The notes: a model not told the origin generated them from the sequence alone. DNA of 64,000 nucleotides from Squalus acanthias (GCA_030390025.1 CM059432.1:105712001-105776000); one strand, 5' to 3'. Shown: positions 51,640 to 64,000, counted from the stretch's first letter. Numbers and translations: made by a program.

Positions 51640-53497
51640 ATGATGGCTACTTAGAGGCCCAGGGAGAGAGCTCGCCGGTTTAGCGACCAGGCATTGGTGG
51701 CTCTGGTTGGCGCTGTGGAACGCCGATGGGCAGTGCTGTTTCCAGAGACTGGCAGGAGGGCCCCAGGAGTTTACAAGGGTGTGGAGGGAGGTTGCCCAGC
51801 ACGTTTCATCCAGGAGCCTGGTCCAAAGGACGCATACGCAGTGCCGCAAAAAGTTCAACGACCTCACTCAGGTGGTTAGGGTGAGTACATGCTTGAAAAA
51901 CCTCTAGAGCCCACCATCTCAACCTCACTCTGTGCAGACGGTGTAAATTCCCGAATCCCCAACACTCACCCAACAACTATTCCCATCTACTAAAAGTCAC
52001 ATGCACATCCCACACCTTGCAGACATTAACGGCTATTCAACTATGGTAGGCACATCTGCCAGACACATGGCTGCACACTCACTCAGACGCTGTCCTTTTT
52101 CTTGCAGGCCAAGCTGTCACATAACCGGAGGGAACAACAAAGCATCGGAGGAGGACAGGTGGAGCTGCACCCCCTCACACAGCTGGAGGAGCGAGTCCAC
52201 AGACTCATCACCAGTCACGTCGTTGGCGCTGTGGCCGTTGGAGAGGTCGACCCCCTTGGGGACAGCAACGATATGTTCATCAGCTTTATCTCCTCTCTCA
52301 TATCACTTCTCCCTCACAACACCAGCCTTTCCCACTTTCCATCCAACTATACTGTCTCCATTCCTTGCTCCCTTCCTGCCCTCACGTTCAAGCCACTCTT
52401 GTACCTTCCTGCTTTCAGATAGTGAACCACCAGCTGACCAGCCTGTCCCTCAGCCTCCCAGTGGCAGCGATGTGGGAGAGGAGGAGGAACACGAAGCCTT
52501 CGCCTCACCGCCTACATCTCCCGAGGGCGAGACATCCTACACTGGGGCCATACGTTCACTGGAGGGGAGCAGGGGGTTTGGATCTGATCTGGGTGAAGCT
52601 CCGGGACCCTGCAGGCTGCAGCAATGCCATGGGGGAAGGGAAACTCGGGAGCCATCTCCCCGGAGGGTGAGTGTGCGCACGAGTTCTGCTGCACAGGCTC
52701 GGATGAGGACCTCGATATAGCGGCCATGAATATTCAGGCAATGAGCATGCACACTGAGCTCATGGGTGCAATGGCAAGGGTGCCTGAGAGCATGGATGCA
52801 CTGGCTAGGAGCGTGGATGAGTCCGCTGCCAGCACAGCTGTCATCTGTGTGCAAACCCTTGATCCCATCCTTGCCTCGTTGCAGAGGATGGTTGAATTGC
52901 AGAGAGACCGTGGACAGCCAGACCCCATGCCACGTGTAATGGGTGAGGTGGCAGCATCTATTGCAGCACAGGCCGAGGCAACGCAACGGCTTAGTGCTGG
53001 AATTGAGACATTGGTTGGTGCCATCCAGTCTCAGACTGCTCTCATGCAGTCTCAGATTGATGGCACACAAGCACTGACTGCTGCCACCATCGTTGGGTCG
53101 CCCACAGGCCACCGGGGATCGCACAGTGCCACAGCAGGCCAGCAATCTGTGCTCGAGCAGATTGCTCCGGATGCTGAGGTACTGCCCCGGGGGAGTGGCA
53201 GTGCGTCGGTCGAGCAGGAAGGTGCTATCCTCTCTCAGGATGACAGCATTCCTGCTCCCACCACAGCCACTCCGCCATTACACTTGCCACAGCCTGCAAC
53301 ACTGCTGCCGCCCATGGTCCAGAGCTGGTCGAGGGTGTCCTTCAAGGCCATCTGCAGTCTCTGGTTCCAACATTCAGCAGCCTTCCGCCAGCCTTGCTGC
53401 AGCCACTGGGGCCACATTATGGAGGAGCAGTAGGGTGGGAAGGCGGGGGACGAAGTGCGAAGGGGAGGGAGATCATCCTCGAAGGGCGAATAACTAA
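51640..53497 (+). pseudogene. Harbinger Myb/SANT partner gene, three exons (51640-51880, 52108-52270, 52419-53497), disrupted
   Basis: RARRFSDQALVALV...WREVAQHV...QCRKKFNDL|gtgagt; ttgcag|AKLSHNRREQQSIGGG...; ttcag|(D)SEPP. Phases are consistent. The exon-2 donor reads ATATGT (mutated). Stop at codon 5 and frameshifts. Confidence 0.8.
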
Positions 53498-53796
53498 AAA
53501 TTCGCAAACAAATGAGGGGGATGTTTGGCTCAAAGTTGGATGTTTATGTTAATATCTTGTTCACTCTGTTAATGCTTATCGCGATGTGGTAAGAACCAGT
53601 TTTGTTAGTTAATGAATTGTTGTGTTTGTTTGTTATTGGTTGTGCTAAATAAGACAGTTTGTTACAAAAATTAATTTTTTTATTGAAACTTGACAACTTT
53701 GCTGATTTTACTCATTGGAGCTTTGCCCGGTAATAGGGGCTGCTGGATGGTTGTAATGATGTGCTTCTTCATCCCAAAAGACATTTTCCCTGTCAT

Positions 53797-54470
53797 TCAT
53801 CTGAAGCGGTGTCTTATCAGGCGTTCATGAACGGCCCTTGCAGAGGCAACATTGAGCGCCTCTCTCCCACGTTGCTGCTGCTGATCCTCCTCTTCATCAT
53901 CCTCCTCCTCTCCCTCTTCCTCCTCCTGAGGTGATGCACCAATCCCTGGTGGCAATGGCTGGGTCCTCATAATTGCGAGGTTGTGAAGCATGCAGCACAC
54001 AACGAAAAGCGAGACACAATCGGGGAGTACTGCAGGGCTCCTCCAGGGTGGTCAAGACACCGGAACCATTGTTTCAAGACGCCGATCGTCTGTTCAATGA
54101 GGTTCCTGGTGGCGCTATGGCTCTCATTGTATGAGAGCTCAGCAGGAGTGTTGGGGTTACGGAGCGGTGTCATCAGCCAGGTGCAGAGTGGATAACCCTT
54201 GTCCCCGAGGAGCCAGCCACGAGGATGATGCGGTGGTTGGAAGAGGTCTGGGACACCAGTCTGGCGCAGGATAAATGTATCGTGGCTGCTGCCAGGATAG
54301 CGGGCATTGACGGAGAGGATGCGCTGTCTGTGGTCGCAAACCAACTGGACAATGAGAGAGTGGAAGCCTTTGCGGTTGCGGAAAACCTCTGCATTTTCAT
54401 GAGGAACCCGCGATGCCAGATGCGTGCAGTCAATTGCGCCCTGAACCATGGGGAAACTGTAGACATCCAA
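53797..54470 (-). pseudogene. Harbinger DDE transposase C-terminal half
   Basis: [48 protein letters not shown], acidic tail. Confidence 0.9.
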
Positions 54471-54639
54471 AGACCCTTAATTCTTAATTTTTAATTTCGA
54501 GATATATATTGAAATGCTTTGCCAGGCCAAAAGGTTTTTTTCCCCAAAGTGAAATATAAAGTTGTCACTGATAAGGCGACATGGAATTTGCTTTGATAGA
54601 CAAGAGATAAACAAACCCCCTTAGTTTTGCAGACATGGT

Positions 54640-54967
54640 GGGCTGGATTTTGTCTTGGGGTCGGGTTGGGGTCGTGTTCCCCCCCCCCCCCCGACTCCAG
54701 ATTAATGTGGATGAATGATGCAATTTTCACTTAATTGGGCAATTGAGTTCCAGCATGTGGGAACCCATGAACTAATTAGTGTTTTCAGTCTGAAAGTCGC
54801 CTCTGATGATGTCATCATTGCTGACTGCCTGGTCTGAGACTGTCTGGCTGTTGGAGAGAGAGGACCTGCCTGGCTTTTGATGTGAGTGGACCTGGATGCG
54901 AAATGTGAAAGGAGAGAGAGAGATGTGAAAGGAGAGAGAGAGAGAGAGAGAGAGAGAGATGTGAAAG

Positions 54968-54998
<31 letters not shown>

Positions 54999-55439
54999 TT
55001 TTTGCATCCAAGTTCTCTCACAGCAAAGGCCATGCAGTCTCTGAAGACATTAAATGCAGCAGCATCTGAGGTGACTTTCACACCTAATACTACCTTCATC
55101 ACATCTCCGTTGTAATAGTGGACCTGCAGCTGATAGTCAGCTATCCACTTGTGCTCCCGCCAGGTTTCACTGGAGTGTTTCACATCAGGCGTACTTCACG
55201 TCGGAAAAGGGTTAAACTAGCTAAAACGTTTCAAAATGGCATTACAGAGCCAATTTAGGGCTTGTTAAGGGCTTTAATGGCCTCTCCCGCCTCTTGGAGG
55301 CGGGACGGAGTTGGGAACCCCCCGACTGATTTTGTCAAAATTACGTGGAGGCGGGATAGGGTCGGGACCCCCGACCCCGCAAATTTAACCCCCCACACGC
55401 CTCCAAACCCGACTCCATGGGTCATTCAAAATCCAGCCC
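54640..55439. mobile_element. Intact Harbinger-like MITE (800 bp)
   Basis: Perfect 13-bp TIRs GGGCTGGATTTTG / CAAAATCCAGCCC. 3-bp TSD GGT at 54637-54639 and 55440-55442. Confidence 0.88.
54903..54995 (+). repeat. Compound microsatellite [ATGTGAAAG(GA)n] x3
   Basis: Read directly from the sequence. Confidence 0.9.
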
Positions 55440-55575
55440 GGTGTCTCTGATGACTTTTCGGAGGTTAAAGGGGAGAAGTCAAACCTTTGAAGTTTTGAAA
55501 TGCAGAATACGATGTAACCCATGAACCTAACCAAGTGTTTTTCTGCCACTTTTGTAAGCTTTAGGAGGGAATGAA

Positions 55576-55940
55576 CAACTTTGGGCTCGACAGGGTAGAT
55601 GATGGGAGGATGTTTCCCCTGGCTGGAAAGTCTAGAACTAGGGGTCACCGTCTCAGAATAAGGGGTCGGCCATTTAGAACTGAGATGAGGAGAAATTTCT
55701 TCACTCAAAGGGTGGTGAATCTTTGGAATTCTCTACCCCAGAGGGCTGTGAATGCTCAGTCGTTGAATATATTCAAGACAGAGATCAATACATTTTTGGA
55801 TATTAAGGGAATCAAGGGATATGGGGACAGTGTGGGAAGGAGGAGTTGAGGTCGAAGATCAGCCATGATCTTATTGAATGGCGGAGCAACCTCAAAGGGC
55901 CGAATGGCCTACTCTTGCTCCTATTTCTTATGTTCTTATG
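55576..55940 (+). mobile_element. CR1 family-C 3' end
   Basis: GRMFPL...NFFTQRVVNLWNSLP motif and TTTCTTATGTTCTTATG tail. Confidence 0.8.
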
Positions 55941-57620
55941 TGAGTGCAAAAGACAAGGCTGAAGCGTTTGCAACCATCTTCAGCCAGAAGTGCCGAGTGG
56001 ATGATCCATCTCGGCCTCCTCTGAAGCCTTCACCATCACAGATGCCAGTCATCAGCCAATTCAATTCACTCCATGTGATATCAAGAAATGACTGAACGCA
56101 CTGGATGTAGCAAAGGCTCAGGCAACATTCCGGCTGTAGTGCCGAAGACCTGTGCTCCAGAACTAGCCGTACCTCTAGCCAAGCTGTTCCAGTACAGCTA
56201 CAACACTGGCATCTACCCAACAATGTGGAAAACTGCCCAGGTATGTCCTGTCCACAAAAAGCAGGACAAATCCAATCCGGCCAATTACCGCTCCATCAGT
56301 CTACTCTCAATCATCAGCAAAATGATGGAAGGTGTAGTCAACAGTGCTATCAAGTGACACTTACCAGTAATCTACTCACCGATGCTCAGTTTGGGTTCCA
56401 CCAGGACCACTCGACTCCAGACCTCATTACAGCCTTGGTCCAAACATGGATAAAAGAGCTGAATGCCAGAAGTGAGGTAAGAGTGGCTGCCCTTGAAATC
56501 AAGACAGCATTTGACTGTGTGGCATCAATGAGCCGTAGTAAGATTGAAGTCAATGGGAATCGGGGAAACTCTCCATTGGCTGGAGTCATACCTAGCAGAA
56601 AGGAAGATGGTTGTGATTGTTCGGGGCCAATCATCTCAGCTCCAGGACATTGCTGCAGGAGTTCCTCAGAGCAGTGTCCTAGGCCCAACCATTTTCAGCT
56701 GCTTCATCAATGAGCTTCTCTCCATCATAAAGTCAGAGGTGGGAATGTTCACTGATGATTGCAGAGTGTTCAGTTCTATTCGCAATTCCTCGCATAATGA
56801 AGTGGTCCATGCCCACATGGACAACATCCAGACTTGGGCTGATAAGTGTCAAGTAACATTTGCGCCACACAAGTGCCAGGCAATGACCATCTCAAACAAG
56901 AGAGTCAAATCATCTCCCCTTAACATTCAATGGCATTACCATTGTCGAATTCCCACCATCAACATCCTGTGGGGTTAACATTGACCATTAACTGAACCAG
57001 CCATATACTGTGGCTGCAAGAGCAGGTCAGAGGCTGAGTATTCTGTGGCGAGTGACTCACCTCCTGACTTCCCAAAACCTTTCCACCACTTACAAGGCAC
57101 AAGTAAGGAGTGCGATGGAATACTCTCCACTTCCCTGGACGAGTGCAGCTCCAACAACATTCAAGAAGATCGACACCATCCAGGACAAAGCAGTCCGCTT
57201 TATCAGCACTCGTCCACCATCTTAAGCATTCACTCCCTCCACCACTGGCGCATCGTGGCTGCAGTGTGTACCATTTCAAAGATGCATCGCAGCAACTTGC
57301 CAAGGCTTCTTCAACAGCACCTCCCAAACTTGCGACCTCTACCACCTAGAAAGACATGGGCAGCAGGTGCATGAGAATACTACCACCTCCAAGTTCCCCT
57401 CCAAGTCATACACCATCCTGACTTGGAAGTATATGGCCGTTCCTTCATCGTCGCTGGGTCAAAATCCTGGAACTCCCTCACTAACTGCACTGTGGGAGTA
57501 CCTTCACCACACGGATTGCAGCGGTTCAAGGCGGCGGCTCACCACCACCTTCTCAAGGGCAACTAGGGATGGGCTTGTCAGCAATGCCCACATCCCGAGA
57601 ACGAATAAATTTAAAAAAAA
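55941..57620 (+). mobile_element. Family-A LINE, 3' portion
   Basis: Homologous to 1017-1459 plus 4866-6134. Ends ACGAATAAATTTAAAAAAAA. Confidence 0.85.
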
Positions 57621-58662
57621 TTGTTCAGTGGCCACGGTGATGCAGTGCCCAGTATTAGTACACAGCTGGGAATAGGCAGAGATAATGGTGGTAACACATC
57701 TGAATACACCCAGCAAGCCTCTCCAATGGCTGCACAGGTGCCAGAAAGCTGACCAGTCCAGGCAGTGATAGAGAATGCCTGTGCGAGTTTGGCAGTGCCA
57801 GCCATCACTGCATTTGTAACCAGCATCCTGCATGCAACTGCATAAGCATCTGCTTCCCAAAGGTTTTTTTTGCTGACAGCGTCCAACCCTGCCACCCACC
57901 CCCCATTTTGCTGTCATCCTCTCCACAGCAGACTAACTTTTTTATGTTATTCCTCCCCTTCCCCATTCACTGGTTTTGCAATCCCCTTCCATGTGCTGAA
58001 TTGAAACTCAGAGCTGATAGTGCAACAGGTCCCTTTCCCTCCTGTTGAAGTTTAAGAGTGGAAGTCCATCTCATCCCAACCCCACCCCACTCCATCTTGG
58101 TGTGGTGGGGGAAAGAGAGCAGCTCAACCTTACCACCACTCCCCCTCTACTGAGATGTCAGGACTTCACTGAAACCCGTCCCCTCCCCTCTAGTTGAAAT
58201 GGAAATCCTGCATGGAGGGAAGGACAGCTTCCCACTTTCCTCAGCCACCGCTGAAATAGAAATCTTAACTACCTGCAAGCGTAACAGCTGGAGGGAAGTG
58301 AAGTTCTCCACAAGCCCCTCATCCTCACGGAGACTGCCCACCAGACGTGGGCAAATGGTAAGTTTTTCTACTGCAACCCCCTCCTTCACCCTCACAACAG
58401 AGGAAGGTTCCCTACCTTTGCTCCCATCCCCTTTCCCCTCTCCTCCACCCACTCCTCCTCTGCACCCCTCCTCTGCACCTTTCCTCTCTCCCCATCCTCC
58501 TCCTGTCACCTATACTCCACTTTCCTCCCCTATCCTATCCCCTCCACTTGCTTTTCACACATTGTTGGTGGTATAATCATAATATTAGCTGATCTGCCAT
58601 AAATAATGCCAAATATGACATACAATTCCTTTAGAACTTCACACATTGGATTTTTGTGTTGG

Positions 58663-61308
58663 AGAATCATAGAAATTTACAGCATAGAAGGAGGCCATTT
58701 GGCCCACCTTGTCCGTGCCGGCCGACAAAGAGCTATCCAGCCTAATCCCACTTTCCAGCACTTGGTCCGAATCCTTGTAGGTTATGGCACTTCAAGGTGA
58801 ATATCCAAGTACTTTTTAAATGTGATGAGGGTTTCTGCCTCTACCACCCTTTCAGGCAGTGAGTTCCAGACCCCCACCACCCTCTGGGTGAAAAAATTTC
58901 TCCTCAACTCCCCTCTCAACCTCCGACCAATTACTTTAAATCTATGCCCCTTGGTTATTGACCCTGCTGCTAAGGGAAATAGGTTCTTCCTATCCACTCT
59001 ATCTAGGGCCCTCATAATTTTATACACTTCAATTTGGTCTCCCCTCAGCCTCCTTTGTTCCAAAGAAAACAACCCCAGCCTATCCAATCTTTCCTCGTAG
59101 CTAAAATTCCCCAGCCCAGGCAACATCCTCATAAATCTCCTCTGCACCCCCTCTAGTGCAATCACATCTTTCCTGTAATGTGGTGACCAGAACTGTACAC
59201 AGTATTCTAGCTGCAGCCTAACTAGTGTTTTATACAGTTCAAGCATAACCTCCCTGCTCTTATATTCTATGCCTCGGCTAATAAAGGCAAGTATCCCGTA
59301 TGCCTTCTTAACCACCATATCTACCTGTTCTGCTACCTACAGAGATCTGTGGACATGCACTCCAAGGTCCCTTTGATCTTCTGTACTTCTCAGTGTCCTA
59401 CTTCTCCAGATTGAATTCCATTTGCCACTGTTCTGCCCACCTGACCAGTCCATTGATATCTTCCTGCAGTCTACAGCTTTCTTCTTCATTATCAACCACA
59501 CAGAAATTTTTTGTATCATCTGCAAACTTCTTAATCATACTTCCTACATTCAAGTCCAAATCATTGATATATACCACAAAAAGCAGAGGACCCAGTACGG
59601 AGCCCTGCGGAACCCCACTGGAAACAGCCTTCCAGTCACAAAAACATCCTTCGACCATTACCCTTTGTTTCCTGCCTCTGAGCCAATTTTGGATCCAACT
59701 TGCCACTTTGCTTTTGATTCCATGGGCTTTTACTTTCGTGACTAGTCTGCCATGCGGGACCTTATCAAAAGCCTTGCTAAAATCCATATAGACTACATCA
59801 AACGCACTACCCTCATCGACCCTCCTTGTTGCCTCCTCAAAAAGTTCAATCAAGTTGTCAGACAAGATGTTCCCTTGACAAATCCATGCTGACTGTCCCT
59901 GATTAATCCGTGTCTTCCTAAATGAAGATTTATCCTGTCCCTCAGAATTTTTTCCAATACTTTTCCCACCACCGAGGTGAGGATGCTCTTTTGGTGCAAT
60001 CAAGAAACAAAAAAACTGTAACTTAACAAAAATACATCAAATGAAACTTAACAATTAAATTAAAATTTGGTTTCTGGGGGTGATGAAGCATTCCAGTCCC
60101 TGCGGTGCCCACTGGTCGCACAAGGCCTCGAGCGTGCCAGCAGACACCGCGCGCTCCATCTCCAGGGCCACCTGGGCGCGAACGTGGCTGCAGAAGACTG
60201 GCAGGCAGTCAGGCTGAACGACCCCCTCGACCGCCCACTGCCTGGACCTGTTAATGGCCACTTTGGCCAGACCCAGGAGCAGTTCTACGAGGAGGTCCCC
60301 CGACCTGCCCGTTCCCCTCCACACCGGGTGACCAAAGATCAAGAGCATGGGACTGAAGTGCAGCCAAAAATTGAGGAGCAGCCCCTTCAAATAATGGAAG
60401 AGGGGCTGCAACCTCTCACACTCCACATAAACGTGGAACACGGACTCCTCCAGGCCGCGGAAAAGGCAGGCGGCCTGGGAGTCCATGAACCTACTTAAAC
60501 ATTTATTGCACAGGACTGCTCCGTGCAACACCCTCCAGGCCAAGTCCCCAATAGATAAAGGGAGGACTCCCGCGTAGAGAGCCCAGAGGTTAGGCTGACT
60601 GGCCTGTAATTACTCGGTCTATCCCTTTCTCCCTTTTTAAACAACGGTACCACGTTAGCAGTCCTCCAGTCCTCTGGCACCACACCTGTAGACAGTGAGG
60701 ATTGGAAAATGATGGTCAGAACCTCTGCTATTTCCTCTCTTACTTCTCTTAACAGTCTGGGATACATTTCATCCGGGCCTGGGGATTTATCCACTTTCAA
60801 AGATGCTAAACCCCTTAATACTTCCTCTTTCACTATGTTTATTTCATCTAATATTTCACACTCCTCCCTGATTGCAACGTCTGCATTGTCCCACTCTTTT
60901 GTTAAAACAGACGCAAAGTATTAATTAAAACCCTACCCATGTCTTCCGCCTCCACACACAGGTTGCCTTTATGGTCCCGAATAGGCCCTACTCTTACTTT
61001 AGTTATCCTCTTGCTCTTAAATGTATTTATAAAACATCTTTGGGTTTTCCTTGATTTTACTTGCCAATATTTTTTCATGCCCTCTCTTTGCTTTCCTAAT
61101 TTCCTTTTTAATTTCACCCCTGCACTTCCTATACTCTTCCAGGCTTTCTGCAGTATTGAGTCCTCAGTATCTGTCATAAGCTTCCCTTTTTTTCTTTATC
61201 TTACCCTGTATGCCCCTTGACATCCAGGGAGCTCTAGATTTGTTAGTCCCACCCTTTTTCTTTAAGGGAACATACTTGCTCTGAACCCTCACTATCGCCT
61301 CCTTGAAT
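58663..61308 (-). mobile_element. 5'-truncated CR1 split by a Tx1 fragment
   Basis: Minus-strand ORFs with DKSPGPD, NYRPVSLTS, DFSKAFDKVPH and FADD motifs. Confidence 0.85.
59979..60585 (-). mobile_element. Tx1/L1-clade LINE 3' end (C-terminal zinc-finger region)
   Basis: WRVLHGA...CLFRGLEESVFHVYVECERLQPLF...LLLGLAKVAI, followed by a T-rich 3' UTR. TSD GAGGT at 59974-59978 and 60586-60590. Confidence 0.8.
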
Positions 61309-61829
61309 CTAATGAAATGTTAGTTAAAAGAGAGCTGCTGCATCATTTAACTTTGAGTGCATTGCAAGCTTGATTCCGTGCTAGCTCTAAGCGACAATAT
61401 CCGATGCCTCTTACCTGGATACCACAAACAACGCCTCCTGCTGTTACTTACAACAAATCTGGCTATGCCACTTAATCCTGAAATCACTAAACATTATTCG
61501 TTCATAAACGATACCAGGTCCAGCTGAAATATGATGCGACCTTAAAAGCGTCATCAAGGGCGACCTGTATTTGCCTTTCTCCTCAAACTATTTTTGACTT
61601 GTTCTATAACAAGTACAATGGCTGGTTTCAAGGACATCTTAACACATCTTACGGAGTGATCGCCTCAGTTCAATTAATCGTTTAGATTTTTCCATCTTGT
61701 TTTTAATCTCCAAAACGCTCAAGAGATATGAATTACTACATGTTATTGCTGCCCTGCCAGGGATTGATAGTGTCAATAAAATTCAATTTAATTAAATGGC
61801 ACACCTAATCTCAGTATCGCCCATTCGAA

Positions 61830-62220
<391 letters not shown>

Positions 62221-62246
62221 TAACAATCTCTCTTTTTTACCTAAAG

Positions 62247-62417
62247 TTGCTCGGAGGGTTGGTGTGGATTCTGATCGCCTCGTCCAACGTCCCCGTGCCT
62301 CTGATGCAAGGCTGGGTGATGTTTGTGTCCCTCACCATGTTCGTGTGCTCGTCTCTGTACCTGTCTGTGTATCTGTGCCGACTGGCGTACAGAGTGGATA
62401 CCGACTGGAATTTGGTG
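62247..62417 (+). CDS. MAL2: MAL2 coding exon 2 (171 bp, phase 0/0); the gene continues beyond the window
   Basis: ctaaag|LLGGLVWILIASSNVPVPLMQGWVMFVS...DWNLV|gtaagt. Confidence 0.93.
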
Positions 62418-62849
62418 GTAAGTAAATGTCGCTTGTTGTCAACCAGCAATCACTGGGGATCCCAACGCCCTGTGAAAGTAGTCCGACCCTCGCTGCCGCT
62501 CGCAAAATCTCAGCGCAGCACCAGGTCTACAGGGTGTAGACCTGGTGTTGCTTTTCACCTTTTGTGAAGCAAGAAGTCAGATTGTTTGACTGCCGGTGTA
62601 CAGTGGTATTGCAGGGAGCGATTTTACTTTGATTTGTAGCAGGGCAGGTTTGCTGGTGTGAAACGTTCCTTTTTAATTTATCAATTTCAGAACCTGAAGT
62701 GAAAAGGAAAAAAAACTGGGAATATGAAACAAAACACAAATTACTGAGAGGCAATTGATTTGGATGTACTCTTGGTCAGTACAGTATAGAATGTTATAGC
62801 ACAGAAATCGGACCATTTGGCTCATTAAGTCTGCACCACACTAGCCACC

Positions 62850-63555
62850 TAGTATCCTTGTGCATGAAACACAAAAAGTTAGCATGCAGGTACAGCAAGT
62901 AATCAAAAAGGCAAATGGAATGTTGGCCTTTATTTCAAGGGGGTTGGAGTATAAAAGCAGGGAAGTCCTGCTACAACTGTACAAGGTATTGGTGAGACCA
63001 CACCTTGAGTACTGTGTACAGTTTTTGTCTCCTTATTTAAGGAAGGATATACTTTCAATGGAGGCAGTTCAGAGACGATTCACTCGGTTAATTCCAGAGA
63101 TGAGGGGTTTGACTTATGAGGAAAGGTTGAGCAGGCTGGGCCTATACTCATTGGAATTTAGAAGAATGAGAGGTGATCTTATCGAAACATATAAGATACT
63201 GAGGGGGCTCGAGAGGGTAGATGCAGAGAGGATGTTTCCCCTCATGGGAAAATCTAGAACTCGGGGGCACAGTCTCAGAATAAAGGGTCACCCTTTTAGA
63301 ACTGAGATGAGGAGGAACAACTTCTGAGGGTTGTAAATTTGTGGAATTCTCTGCCCTAGAGAGCTGTGGAGGCTGGGTCATTAAATACATTTAAAGCGGA
63401 GATAAACAAATTTTTGCAAGATAAGGGAGTGAAGGGTTATGGGGAGCGGGCTGGGAAGTGGCTTTGAGCCCTAGATCAGCCATGATCTTATTGAATGGCG
63501 GAGCAGGCTCGAGGGGCCAAGTGGCCTATTCCTGCTCCTATTTCTTATGTTCTTA
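62850..63555 (+). mobile_element. CR1 3' fragment in MAL2 intron 2
   Basis: KKANGMLAFI...RPHLEYCVQF motifs and TTTCTTATGTTCTTA tail. Confidence 0.85.
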
Positions 63556-63777
63556 GTCTAATTTCTGCAAGAGTACTGAATAGGAATCTGATCTTCCCTG
63601 TTTCTACCTCTGGGCAAGGGTCAATGAAAATACCTCAACAGCCATCTTAGCTGAGATAGCCTACTCAAACCTGAATGGGGATTCAAATTGAGACTTCTGA
63701 TTTTAATTAATACTGACACCAGGTGGTGCTTGGGAATTATGATGTCTGGCTACATCTCAGGTATTCTAATAACCTCA

Positions 63778-64000
63778 TGTATTTATATAGTGCCTTTTAA
63801 TGTAGAAAAATGTGCCAAACTGCTTCACAGAAGTGTAAACATACAAAAATTAATACAAGGAGATAGTAGGTCAGTTAACTAAAAAGTTGATCCGAGGTAA
63901 GTTTTAAGGAGAGTCGTAACGGAGGAGAGAGGCGGTGAGATTTAGGGAGGGAATCCTAGAGGTTACGGACTAGAAGGCTGAAAGCATGGCTGCCAGTGCA
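63778..64000 (-). mobile_element. Old L2-type 3' end
   Basis: ATTTATATAGTGCCTTTTAATGTAG is similar to the reverse complement of the L2 tail at about 27240. Confidence 0.55.

Larger units (their letters stand above)
51286..54470 (-). mobile_element. Harbinger copy 3 (TIR + spliced Myb gene on +, transposase 3' half on -; transposase 5' half lost)
   Basis: Starts GGGGGAAAAATTCAG, the same terminus as the 23480-24368 element. Genes are convergent. Confidence 0.85.

Noticed and set aside
35328..55439. 20-kb composite transposon bounded by the two inverted MITEs
   Set aside because: Outer flanks differ (TTT versus GGT), and the right MITE has its own GGT/GGT TSD.
58150..58510. Possible further Myb/SANT relic (SWREV) or Pro-rich ORF
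   Set aside because: Match too short and low-complexity to support.
63560..63730. Possible old tRNA-derived SINE head on the minus strand
   Set aside because: Only a weak B-box-like TTGAATCC. Cannot be supported without a database search.

Overview
Eukaryotic, repeat-dominated vertebrate DNA, most likely from a shark or other elasmobranch. The inference rests on an HE1-like V-SINE, abundant esterase-ORF1 CR1 LINEs, L2, Penelope, Tx1 and Harbinger elements. Two host genes bracket the window on the + strand. The first is the last three coding exons of a collectin, best matching COLEC10 (6694-6747, 12768-12863, 14828-15219). The second is the first two coding exons of MAL2 (62017-62145, 62247-62417). 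This is the same COLEC10->MAL2 order as in mammals. Much of the rest is decayed or nested transposon sequence, including one full-length CR1, stacks nested up to three levels deep, and a Penelope-like element with minimal hammerhead ribozyme motifs. There is also a dense cluster of PIF/Harbinger elements, including two-gene copies (DDE transposase convergent with a spliced Myb/SANT gene) and TIR-bounded non-autonomous derivatives. The most notable observations are: (1) a conserved C-terminal AT-hook plus RRSxR module in the Harbinger Myb partner, recoverable by reverting CpG decay; (2) a non-autonomous Harbinger that keeps both inward-facing promoter regions; (3) the Penelope hammerheads; (4) a 53-nt templated insertion; and (5) an EPN-type COLEC10 lectin site. 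All family calls come from motif recognition by eye, without database searches. Boundaries of old repeats are approximate.
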